The translations under genes were made by a program, and so were the position numbers. 63,667 nucleotides of DNA from Octopus bimaculoides (taxonomy: Eukaryota): the NCBI RefSeq assembly GCF_001194135.2, contig NC_068989.1, positions 92,861,778 through 92,925,444 on the forward strand. Reading direction: 5' to 3'. The stretch's first letter is position 1. Each line of letters opens with the position of its first letter. Positions 13,244 to 24,815 of this stretch are shown here, in pieces. The notes below the pieces were generated by a model, which was not told the DNA's origin, did no database searches, and was given only the letters and a program-made list of their open reading frames with translations.

Positions 13244-13337
13244 CTCAAGATCCATGAACCAGCGAAAGAATCTTCTTTCAAATGTCTCCATTGCGTTATG
13301 TAGTCTTCCAATCGGACATCATCAGACAACAATGTAA
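13244..13337 (-). CDS. Candidate 94-nt internal coding exon, possibly from an ionotropic glutamate receptor (AMPA/kainate-like) amino-terminal domain
   Basis: On the minus strand a long poly-T tract ends GTAATTATGTCAG|, the donor is GAG|GTAAAAGT, and only one of three frames is open: xTLLSDDVRLEDYITQWRHLKEDSFAGSWIL(R/S). The W-x-x-L-x4-[FYW]-x-G spacing matches GluA-type [16 protein letters not shown] (recalled, not searched). Confidence 0.5.
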
Positions 13338-13844
13338 CTGACATAATTACAAAAAAAAAAAAAGAAAAAAAGAAATTAACAATGAGAATGATAACAAAAA
13401 GACATTAGCAACAGCAGCAATAACAACAACACATGCTTCGTTACTAAAATAGCGTAGAATAAATGAATGAATTGTTCTTAAATATAGCATAATTGGTCGT
13501 TTGTACTTACAATGGCTGACTGTGTTGGACTATGCCGTCTGACCTCTTTACATATATTAAACCATAACGCACTCAAGTATATTTTTCCTATCTTCTCTTT
13601 CTGCAGTTTTACTGTCATCCTCCATATTCAACATATTTGGTTCGCAAATAAATTAAGCACTCGCCTTGTTTCTATCTATTTAAAGCCCTTTGTTACTGCT
13701 TATTAGTATTCCTCGGTTTTCGTTCATTATGTGCACCTGATTTCACTTTAATTTTTCTTAATTGTTTTGTTAGTCTTAATTAGCATAATCAGGGAGGGCT
13801 ATAACTACCCGTATCTTTTTTCGAAAATATAATAAGAAGTATCA

Positions 13845-13938
13845 TAGCGGTAAGATTCGAACTCAGAGCGCAGAATGCCGGACAAATACAGCAAACTATT
13901 TTGTCCAAAACCCTGATGACTCTGCCAGTTCGCCTCCT
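13845..13938 (-). mobile_element. SINE family 2, 5' part
   Basis: TTCGAACTCAGA..TGACTCTGCCAGTTCGCC is the reverse complement of the family-2 head. Confidence 0.7.
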
Positions 13939-14154
13939 TGTTTTTTACAGTGCTTATTGGATTCGTAGGGTAAAGAGATGACTAAACCATGATTCACATT
14001 TTATATTCTTGGACCAGAGACCTGGATCCGATTCCTTGTACTTAGAAGGACCTTGCTGAAAATACCTAATGAACCAGGTGGTGATATTGAAACGAAAGAG
14101 ACAGGAACAGCCACTTCCAGTGGGCTTCATCATGTGTGTGTGTGTGTGTGTGTG

Positions 14155-14357
14155 TGCTTGTCGGCCCCCGCCTCCACTTGACACTCGGTGGTGGTGTGGT
14201 TACGTCTCCGTAACATAGCGGTTCGGCCAAAGTGACGATAGAATAATTACCCGGCTTCGAAAATAATGACAAGTCCTGAAGTCGATTAATTCGATTAAAA
14301 ATTTTTCGAGGCGGTGCCCCAGCATGGCCGCAGTGTAATGACTGAAACAAGTAAAAG
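14155..14357 (+). mobile_element. SINE family 1, 3' half
   Basis: Aligns to 5890-6065; tail GCGGTGCCCCAGCATGGCCGCAG..ACTGAAACAAGTAAAAG. Confidence 0.85.
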
Positions 14358-14590
14358 ACGAAAGATGACTATATATACATACATACATNNNNNNNNNNNN
14401 NNNNNNNNNNNNNNNNNNNNNNNNNNNNNNNNNNNNNNNNNNNNNNNNNNNNNNNNNNNNNNNNNNNNNNNNNNNNNNNNNNNNNNNNNNNNNNNNNNNN
14501 NNNNNNNNNNNNNNNNNNNNNNNNNNNNNNNNNNNNNNNNNNNNNNNNNNNNTATATATATATATGTGTGTGTGTGTGTATGAAGAGAGT

Positions 14591-14628
<38 letters not shown>

Positions 14629-15378
14629 AAGAGAGAGAGCGAAATTTACATAAAAGAAGTGACACAAGTTTATGAAAAGACAAATATAACGAATGACAGC
14701 CATAGGAATTGTATTCTGACCCCCAACGGTTAAACTGAGAAGTTGCGAAAGAAATCCACCAACACCGCTGTCAGACAAGCCTTAATATAATGGCAATTGT
14801 TGAAATAGTTGGTTAAATGTGGAGAGAACGAATACAACAAGAGTATTTATTCATCTATATTGAAGTGGTCGAGTAACATAAAATATTTCTATTACAATTA
14901 CGAAACACATTGGTCGTTGAGATTTCTATCGGGTGAAATAATAACGTCTATTTACTAAGTTATGTTACAACAGTTAACCGTGGACGAACAATGTATGTTG
15001 TTGCGCCGGCTATTGTTATTTTACTGTTGTTGTTGTTGTTGTCATGTGAATGTGTGTATGTATGTAAGTATGTATGTGTGCATACATACACTCATATACA
15101 CACAGTCACTCACGTACACGCACATGCATATGTACATTATATATACGAATATTATAATTATAAAATATAATACGTTTGTATATATACATACGTACACGCA
15201 TACAGTCTCACAGTGCAGATATATATATATATTTGTATGTGTATGTGTGGCGGTAAATATAATATACAGACAATCAGACGTATATATTTACACACACACA
15301 CACACACACATATTTATGCATACACATACACACACATATACATGCATGCATATAGTGAGAGGAGAGAGAAACATACGT

Positions 15379-15423
<45 letters not shown>

Positions 15424-15456
15424 GCATGCATTTGTACGTGTATGTATATATCTGTG

Positions 15457-15521
<65 letters not shown>
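15457..15521. repeat. (GATA)n microsatellite
   Basis: Direct reading. Confidence 0.95.
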
Positions 15522-15522
<1 letters not shown>

Positions 15523-15930
15523 CAGGTGTGTGTGAATACTACAAGAGTAACCTTGATGTCGTCTTGCAAACCAAAGTACTTTTATAACAAACTTGCATGT
15601 GTCATATCCTATTCAGAAATTAATGTTGCGCCTGAACAAATGGCGGAACGAGGAGGTGCGTTCGTCTTAAATACTTCAGAATAATACATAAGAACAGATG
15701 GCACGACAAGGTACAAAACAAATAAGTTTCCCCATCTGCAGAATATCAATTTTTGTTAACTTTGTTCAGTAAAACATAAATTTTGCCAAAAACGACATGA
15801 GGCAACGCCGAAGTCTCTATGTATTTAACCGACTTGCTAAAATAAGTAAGTTACAATGTCTTCTTCAAATTACATCGTATTGTTTCAAAAATAGAGGATT
15901 TTTTTGATATTGTAGTTCTTTTTTACATTC

Positions 15931-16262
15931 GTGGCACTCCGTCGGTTACGACGACGAGGGTTCCAGTTGATCCGATCAACGGAAGAGCCTGCTCGTGAAA
16001 TTAACGTGCAAGCGGCTGAGCTCACCACAGACACGTGTACCCTTTGAAATACAGATATTATAAGAGTAACAGGAAGAAAGAGTGAGAGAAAGTTGTGGTG
16101 AAAGCGTACAGCCGGGTTCGCCACCATTCCCTGCCGGAGCCTGGTGGAGCTTTTTAGGTATTTTCGCTCAATAAACACTCACAACGCCCGGTCTGGGAAT
16201 CGAAACCGCGATCCTATGATCGCGAGTCTGTTACCCCAACCACTAGGCCATTGCCCCTCCAC
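15931..16262 (-). mobile_element. tRNA-derived SINE family 3, with internal deletion
   Basis: Reverse complement aligns end to end with 21604-21961; head GCAATGGCCTAGTGGTT..GGTTTCGATTCCC. Confidence 0.9.
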
Positions 16263-16454
16263 TCTTTCTACACATATCGTGTCGAAATACGAAAGTGTTC
16301 ATTCGATCTGTACACTCGATTTGTACTAACCCGAGCCTAGTTCACAATAACAACGACGTCGCTTTAGTCGGAATAGTGATACAATCAGCGAAGTGGACAG
16401 GTATATCCAAGCGGCGCTACTATACTGTCAATTGTCTTTCTTTCATCTTCTGTC

Positions 16455-16745
16455 TTTTAACCGTTTCAGTCCTTAGACTACGACCATACTGGGGCACCGC
16501 TTTAAATATTAAGTGGAAGAAACAGAGCCTACAGTTCTATATTTAAGAGATGAGGAATTATGAACATTATTTACATTTGACGGATATTTGTCCCCATCTT
16601 ATTTGTTGTTAACACGCTAGAGCCTAGTAGTTATTTTTTTATCAATTTTTTTTCCCCCAAAAACTTAGGTGCTTCGATTTTCTTCTTCCAAATTGCTAGA
16701 TTACGAGTACGTAAACAAACCAATACCGGTTGTCAGGCGGTGGTG
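16455..16745 (-). mobile_element. SINE family 1 3' fragments interrupted by another interspersed repeat
   Basis: Antisense tail (TTTCAGTCC..ACCATACTGGGGCACCGC) near 16460-16500 and body (CCGGTTGTCAGGCGGTG) near 16725-16742. Confidence 0.6.
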
Positions 16746-16790
16746 ATGGTGTAGGGGGGTAAAGATCTCAAGCACAATGACACACCCGAA

Positions 16791-16838
<48 letters not shown>

Positions 16839-16867
16839 ACTCACTCTCTTTCTACATACATAAAGAT

Positions 16868-16978
16868 GGACTGTGATGGACTGGTGTCCCGTCCAGCTGG
16901 GGAACACATACGCCATTGAAACCGGGAAACTGGGCCCATGAACCTGGTTAGGCTTTAAAAAAGGGCGCATTTATTATA
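16868..16978 (+). mobile_element. SINE family 5, 3' fragment
   Basis: CTGTGATGGACTGGTGTCCCGTCCAG..GAAACCGGGAAA..GGCTTTAAAA matches 34090-34190. Confidence 0.85.
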
Positions 16979-17108
16979 TATNNNNNNNNNNNNNNNNNNN
17001 NNNNNNNNNNNNNNNNNNNNNNNNNNNNNNNNNNNNNNNNNNNNNNNNNNNNNNNNNNNNNNNNNNNNNNNNNNNNNNNNNNNNNNNNTATATATATGTG
17101 TGTATGTA

Positions 17109-17142
<34 letters not shown>

Positions 17143-17149
17143 AATGCAT

Positions 17150-17340
17150 TGGACTGATGAACTTGCAAAAACGTTAGCATGATGGGCAAAATGCTCAGCG
17201 GTATTTCGTCCGGCTTTATGGCCTTTGTTCAGTTTTCGCCGAGATCGACTTTGCCTTCCATTTTTTCGGGGTCGACAAAACTTTGTACTGGGATCGATGT
17301 AATAAAACTTACCCCATCGCCTGAAATTACTAACCTTACT
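17150..17340 (+). mobile_element. SINE family 2, diverged copy
   Basis: ACGTTAGCATG..AAATGCTCAGCGGTATTTCGTCC..GATCGACTTTGCCTTCCATT..GGGGTCGA. Confidence 0.75.
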
Positions 17341-17341
17341 T

Positions 17342-17413
17342 GACCCCGTAGCTCAGTTGGTTAGAACACCAGTTTAGTAAACTGGAGGCCGAGTTTCGAA
17401 TCCCCTTGAATCC
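17342..17413 (+). pseudogene. tRNA-Thr(AGT)-like pseudogene or SINE head
   Basis: D-arm GCTC-AGTTGGTTA-GAAC; perfect anticodon stem CCAGT/ACTGG with loop TTAGTAA (AGT at 17376-17378); T-loop TTCGAAT. The acceptor and T stems do not pair, so it is not a functional tRNA. Confidence 0.75.
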
Positions 17414-17597
17414 TATTCTATTCGTAGAACATATAGAGACGGGTAAAATAAGTCCCAGTTGCGTATTGTGGTCGATATAATTGACATGACCCCTTTCTCA
17501 AATCTGCTGGCCTATGCCAAACTTTGAAGCGAATATATGTGTCTACGTGTGTGTGTGTGTAGATTATATGAGGTGGTAGGCAGATTTTATATATTAA

Positions 17598-17710
17598 GTA
17601 AACGGAGTTAATCAGGATTTGGATAGGAACTATTTATTTAGAGCGTTCGTCGAAAGCGATGAAAGCGCTAAATAAATAGTCCTTATCTAAATTCTGACTA
17701 CCTCCGCTTT

Positions 17711-17712
<2 letters not shown>
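17598..17712. mobile_element. Short foldback (hairpin) MITE related to the 42868-43193 element
   Basis: About 52-bp imperfect inverted arms around a 4-nt loop (AAAG, 17653-17656); TTAA at 17594-17597; terminal sequence resembles the 42868 element. Confidence 0.7.
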
Positions 17713-17755
<43 letters not shown>

Positions 17756-18797
17756 TCATCATCCTCGTTAATTCTTAAATACAAGCTCTAATGTAATAAG
17801 AATTAATAAGCTTAGAAGAATAATTATAAAACGTACAAACCTTGACACTTTATCGTGAGAAAGATTAAGAAAAATTTATTTATATACGAAATATGAACTG
17901 CAGTTGTCTGTAGAAAGGCAATGCGATGTTCGTAAAGTAATTATGACAGTTCTGATGGTAGGCAGGAAATGTATTCTCCATATAATTTTCATGGCATCCT
18001 ATTTGAAGTTTTAGAACGCAAAACTGTTTATGCAGTGGGTGTGTATGTGTAACTGTATATATCCATCCATCCATCCATCCACATATATCTTATTATATAC
18101 ATGCATAGATACATATGTATCCGTTAGTACCCATTTTAGCAGACCATACCAACACACACACGGGTTGTTTGCTTACTTTCTTAATTTTTGCGAAATTATC
18201 TTCTTTCCTTCTGCTAAATTATCTGCACAGCGTCATCACATGAAAATCAGAAATAGAAAATGACGTATATCTCAGGGTAATATACAGATTTACTTGGGTC
18301 TATCTTTAACAAATGTCTCAAGTCTATTCAGTCGCCATACTTTTATATCTGTCAAGGTTGATTTAGTTGTACGTATGTCCAGTTACCTAATTTATATATG
18401 TCGATTTTGGTATATCTCTGCGTTGACATTGAGATATGTGTGTTTATCGTATAAGTGTAAGAATGCATATGAAAAAGTATCCTCAGACTCTTTAATATTA
18501 TTATAACAGCATTACATTACTATATATAAGCTTCAGAATGTAGCTAACTTTATGTATTTACGAAGAAGTACGTAAATGCTCTGCAAAGTAAACATACTTA
18601 AACACATAATTTTAATCGCTCCGAGGAAGCTTAACGATTGAGCACAAACACTTACCTCTCAATGTACTGTACTTTACATCAGGAACATTTGTAAGTTAAG
18701 GAGAGTGATTATATAACCCGTGCTGTCCTGTCATATATATACATATGCTCTAGCATCACCACAGCTTTAAAGCTGAAACAATTAAAACATTTAAAGA

Positions 18798-18844
<47 letters not shown>

Positions 18845-18889
18845 NNNNNNNNNNNNNNNNNNNNNNNNNNNNNNNNNNNNNNNNNNNNN

Positions 18890-18990
18890 AGTTAGGGTAT
18901 TCGGCTCATGATCGCGTTGTGTCTCTTTAACAAGACACTTTATTTCACGTTGCTACAGTCCACTCAGATGGTATAAATAAGTAGTACCTA
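18890..18990 (+). mobile_element. SINE family 4/5-type head fragment
   Basis: GCGTTGTGTCTCTTTAACAAGACAC..GTTGCTACAGTCCACTCAG matches 34030-34070; the 5' end is lost in the gap. Confidence 0.65.
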
Positions 18991-18996
18991 TATATA

Positions 18997-19044
<48 letters not shown>

Positions 19045-19049
<5 letters not shown>

Positions 19050-19200
19050 CCTTCCGGTCATTTCAAAATGTAACCATATCTGAATCGTTGGCGATTTCTT
19101 CCTCCGTCTTTCCTTCTTTTGGACTTTGTACTGTTTCCGAAGAAGAACGTCTGCTCGAAATGTTAAGCCATCTTTCTTTCCTTTCCTGAGCGTCTGCTAA
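19045..19200 (-). repeat. Unclassified interspersed repeat
   Basis: Shares the motif AAC(A/G)TTTCGAGC..ACG(T/C)TCTTC with 29290-29320. Confidence 0.35.
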
Positions 19201-20092
19201 TACCTTACATGTACCACGTCCTCGCGTTGTTGATTTTTTGTGTTTGGTCTTTTCTGGATTTACTATATATATACAGAGAGGGAGAGAGCGGGAAAGATAA
19301 ATGTATACACATACACATACACATATACATACATACTTATAAACATTTGTTTGTGCCTTCTCGTCTGTGTAATTATTTTCTCCTGATTCTCTCGTTCAGT
19401 ATATTTACATATGTAATATACTTTCCCATCAGTATTTCTGTCCGAGTTCACTAGTTCTAAATATACGATTGTATTATATCATGTATGTATGTATTGTCGA
19501 CCATCTGATTTATTTTAACTGTATATATGATGACGTGTGCGTGTGTGTGGTTATTTCTGTGTGTCCCCAAGAAGTTAAAGACACGGTATATTGTTGTATG
19601 TATACATGTTTGATAGAGCAGGCGCGTGTAAAGTTAATTAAGGTTTTGGTAATTAAAATATAAATCAACATGTGCTTGCTGATGGTTGCAATTCGCTCTG
19701 GTCTCAGTACGAACCCCGTGACTTCACAGTATACGTTCGTATACACAGAAGTCAACCAGTGTTTCATATGTGATCAAACAAGTTCGATTATTGATGACAC
19801 GCACTCGAGCACGCAATCAATCCTGTGGCTATATTTTATTAAGTAATTCTGCCGAAGCAGTGCTCGCACACACGCATCATACATAGACATACCTTCACAT
19901 TACAGTATATATATATATGTATATATATGTATGTTCACACACACACATAAACACGCGCACAAACAAACACACAAATATGTATGCATGTATATGTATACAT
20001 ACATACATACATATAAACACACACACACACATATATATATGCATATTACATCTACATATATGTATATATATATAAGTACAAAGTATGTATGT

Positions 20093-20133
<41 letters not shown>

Positions 20134-20562
20134 ACGTATATATACATATATATACATGCATATATATATGTGCATATATATATGTATATACATACACATG
20201 CGTGTGTATATATATATATGTATGCATGTATATATATGCATACATACATATAATGTGTCACACATACACAGCATACAAACATATGTACATGCACACACAT
20301 GAGCACACATGTTTCTCTTCCTTCCTTTCCTGTAATTGTGTGTCTCTGCTTTGCTTTGCATTGTTGAATGTCACTGTGTTTCTATGCACATGTGTGTGTA
20401 ATGTGTAACGTGTGTATATGTGCTGTGTGTGTGTGTGTGTGTGCGTGTGGTCACGTGTGTACGTATGTTGGGCGCTGTGCAGCTTGTCACGTATGTGTAT
20501 GTAAGGTGTTGTGTGTGTGTGTGCATGCGCCCACGTAATGTAGAGAAAGTGAGAGAGAGAGA

Positions 20563-20614
<52 letters not shown>

Positions 20615-20715
20615 CAATCAGTAAGCTGACCTCGGTTGTTGACGTCCTCTCATTTATTTAATTATTGCTTCTATTTGAGACATAAGACTAAATCAGTTAC
20701 AGACTTCAGCTCTAT

Positions 20716-20780
20716 AACCAACCAGCCAGCCAGCCAGCCAGCTACCTAGCAAGCCAGCCAGTCGGCCAGTCAGCCAGTCT
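20716..20780. repeat. Degenerate (CCAG)n tetranucleotide repeat
   Basis: Direct reading. Confidence 0.85.
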
Positions 20781-20992
20781 CGAAGTCAACCAGTTACAGC
20801 AACAAACTGCATTAACAAATCTCACCAGTTAAGCATCCAACAAACTGGTTCAATCACTAGCACCACAACCACCTCCGCCATCACAGCTCTCACGACCATC
20901 ACCACTGCCCCCGCTGCCACCACAGTCATATCAGCACTCCGGCTCTACCATCGCCACAACTGCAAAATGCTCGATCCTCTATTGGAAGACCT

Positions 20993-21029
<37 letters not shown>

Positions 21030-21187
21030 GTAACAAGGACATCAAAACCACAAATCAGAAAGTTGATAACTTGGCTGATTAAAGAGGTTAATCACAAACA
21101 CACACTCATACACACATACATGCAGAGGCATTTACGTGTGTGTGTGTGTGTGTGCACATAAATGATAGAAAATGTAATGAGAAGACA

Positions 21188-21551
21188 CTATTTAAAATCA
21201 CTACAATTGTTCCGACACCTTTTAAAACCCGTAGTACATTAGTAAGCTGTGTAATCATTGTCAAGCATTCAATTTTCTTTATTTCTATATTTTGCATTTC
21301 GATTATAATTGTATTTTGTCAGTCACTATATCCATGGGTGTAGTTTTCTCTGTAACTTGCTGAAAAATGATACATAATTTTGGTATGCTTTCTCATGCTG
21401 AATGAAATGGCTATAGGATCTAAGGAATGACTTATTCAAACAATCACCTGAAGAGGTGCATTTTGCACCATAGATGGATGATTACACAATATCTCACCAA
21501 TGTACTATGGGTGGATAATGTGTCAAAACAATTGTAGTGATTTGTAAATAG
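21188..21551. mobile_element. Putative MITE bounded by about 56-bp imperfect inverted repeats
   Basis: 21188-21243 (CTATTTAAAATCACTACAATTGTTCCGACAC..GTAGTACATTAGT) matches the reverse complement of 21496-21551. Confidence 0.6.
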
Positions 21552-21603
21552 AAAATGTCGATCATTTCCTTCTCTACCGTTTATTTATTTATATAGACTC
21601 TAC

Positions 21604-21961
21604 GTGGAGGTGCAATGGCTTAGTGGTTAGAGCAGCGGACTCGCGGTCGTAGGATCGCGGTTTCGATTCCCAGACCAGGCGTTGTGAGTGTTTATTGAGC
21701 GAAAACACCTAAAGCTCCACGACTCTCCGGCAGTGGATGGTGGCGAACCCTACTGTACTCTTTCTTCCTGTTTGTGGTGTACCTGTATTTCAAAGAGCCA
21801 GCGTTATCACACTCTGTGTCACGCTGAATCTCCCCGAGACCTACGTTAAGGGTACGCATGTTTGTGGAGTGCTCAGCCACTCGCACGTTAATTTCACGAG
21901 CAGGCTGTTCCGTTGATCGAATCAACTGGAACCCTCGTCGTCATAAACGACAGCGTGCCAC
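21604..21961 (+). mobile_element. tRNA-derived SINE family 3, with internal deletion
   Basis: A box TGGCTTAGTGG and B box GGTTTCGATTCC; 3' palindrome GTTGATC.(A/G)ATCAAC; ATAGACT occurs close to both ends as a possible target-site duplication. Confidence 0.9.
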
Positions 21962-22262
21962 GATAGACTACAAACTATCGAATTCCTGGTTTATATCCAT
22001 CAGTAGGTGCTTTTCCACTATATGATAACATCAGGTAGCTAATAGCTGTGGACGAGCTTTGCATAGATATTTTTTCTCGAATTTTATTCAATTACATACG
22101 TCCGTGTATGTGTGTGTGGGGGGGTGAGTGTATGCATGCATTNNNNNNNNNNNNNNNNNNNNNNNNNNNNNNNNNNNNNNNNNNNNNNNNNNNNNNNNNN
22201 NNNNNNNNNNNNNNNNNNNNNNNNNNNNNNNNNNNNNNNNNNNNNNNNNNNNNNNNNNNNNN

Positions 22263-22303
<41 letters not shown>

Positions 22304-23112
22304 ATGTACATCCTACTAACAACAACAGCAACAATCAGCTCCTTGGTTAATATGTCAATAACAATTTGTATATGTCGCAAACGTTTATAAGTTACATATT
22401 TGCATGGACCTCGGCTGAACTCCGACTTCATTCTGTGTTAATAAGAGTATTTTAAAGTTCAAATACCGTCGTAAAGAGGGAAAATGGAAATGTGTTTGTG
22501 CGCGTGTGTGCTTTCGCTTTTGTTTTCACACTGATATTTCCAACCTGTAGTAGCTTCCTAATGCATTTTTACCTGTGGATACAAACACACACATGCGCGC
22601 GCGCACTCACACACGCGCGCATGCATACATGTACACGTACATATGGACATGCACATATATACACAAAAAGCATTAACACTCACACACGTGCATATATGCA
22701 TATTTGTAGACACAGCATACACATAGACACATGTATGTTTATGTATATTCGTACGCGCACAGAAACAGACTTATATATATGTATGCAAGGACACACACAC
22801 ACATGCATATATTTATACATATACATGTATATATATGCACGCTTTATATAAGCATTATATACCATTTATATATATATATATACACACACATACTCACACG
22901 TACATAAATGCATATATACATATTTACCTCTATACATACATATATGCTTATATTTATGTATATAAATACATATATATGTATGTATATATATTTATATATA
23001 CACTCATAACTTTTACTTGTTTCAGGTGACAGGCCGCACATACACACATACACACACACTAATATATATATGTATTTATATATGTATATATGTATGTATA
23101 TGTATATATACG

Positions 23113-23183
<71 letters not shown>

Positions 23184-23560
23184 CATACATAGTATTGCTT
23201 CTGCATATCACTTATTTGATCAATGTTCTTCGTGCGGCTCTGAGCAAACGAAGCGTCAATGAAACGTCTGCTAACAGACCCAGCTCCTATCACAATCATC
23301 GACAATGAAGAAATTCCATTGTTCTGCCGTTTTCCATCATTTTATCACCTAATCTCAAATTTCAATCTTGAAGAACCTCTTAATTTTATTCTACACCGTT
23401 TATATGTTCTTTGACAAATAATTGCCTTTTTTTTCTTTCTTTTATTCCCGTATATTTTCTTGACGTAATTGTTGAGCATACACAATACACAGCCACACAC
23501 GTACACACATAAGTATGTATGCACGTATATACACACACATATATATATGTATATATACGT

Positions 23561-23598
<38 letters not shown>

Positions 23599-24221
23599 TG
23601 TATGTATGTCATTTTCTGATCGGTTATACATTTGAAATATATTTCTCCATGTTCAGTCCAGATCTTATCATTTCCGTTTCTTTCTGTTCAGAAAAGAAAC
23701 GAAACATTTTCTTATGTTGCTTCGGTGCAGATCAGCAAAGACACTGCGCTCTCTCGTTATTGTTCCTCTTTTAATTTTTTAGCTTTCTTGAATGTGGAAA
23801 GTGTTAGTACGATTGTGTTTATGGTTGTTGCTGGTGTTATACGATGTTACTTTGTCGTCCTTGTTATTATCATTCTTGGTTTATTATTGTTATTTCAGGT
23901 TTGTTAGCTATTACTGCTTGTTCCCTTTCCTTCGTTACTTCTTAGTTTTTTGTATGAATTTTGGCGTCTGTTGTCTTGTTTATTTATTTATTTTTCGGTT
24001 TGAGAAAAACATGCAGTTTTATAAGTTTGACAATTCGCTAGCGATATATGTTAATTAGGAATGTATGTGTGTAAGTATGCATATGTATATATATATGTAC
24101 ATTTCTCTCTCGTTCTCTCTCTCTCTGTCTCTCTCTCTCTCTATCTCTCTCTCACTCTCTCTCACTCTCTCTCTCTCTCTCACTCTCTCTCACTCTCTCT
24201 CACTCTCTCTCTCTCTCTCTC

Positions 24222-24254
<33 letters not shown>

Positions 24255-24637
24255 ACAATATATGAGTATATGCATATATATATGTACATGTATGTATATA
24301 CGTCCATCTACATGTACATATAGATACATAACTGGGTACATGACGTGGCAAAAGAACAAGGACATAATGGTAAACAAGGTGCACCAAACAAACAGGCCAC
24401 ATAGAAACATCCCCTTCATCAGCTGCCACCATTTATATATNNNNNNNNNNNNNNNNNNNNNNNNNNNNNNNNNNNNNNNNNNNNNNNNNNNNNNNNNNNN
24501 NNNNNNNNNNNNNNNNNNNNNNNNNNNNNNNNNNNNNNNNNNNNNNNNNNNATGCGTACGTGTGTGTGTGTGTGTACATATGCATGCGTGTATATATATA
24601 TATGTATGTATCTGTGTGTGTCTACTTCAATATCTGA

Positions 24638-24815
24638 CCACTGTGTGACAACCGATGTTGGTGTGTTTACGTCCCCGCTCCTTAGTTGTTTGGCAAAATA
24701 CACCGATAGAATAAGCCTCAAGCTTAGAAACAAAATAAGTCCTGGGGCGATTAGTTCGACTAAAATTTCACAAGGTGACGCCCCTGGATGGCTGAAACAG
24801 ATAAAAGGTAAAAAG
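24638..24815 (+). mobile_element. SINE family 1, 3' half
   Basis: GACAACCGATGTTGGTGTGTTTACGTCCCCG..AATAAGTCCTGGGG..GGCTGAAAC. Confidence 0.85.

Noticed and set aside
18640-18730. Strong minus-strand donor GAG|GTAAGT at about 18652
   Set aside because: The upstream acceptor is poor and all frames contain stops.
23190-23305. IVIGAG Rossmann-like motif in a minus-strand ORF
   Set aside because: It lacks the full GxGxxG, runs into a microsatellite and has no credible splice structure.
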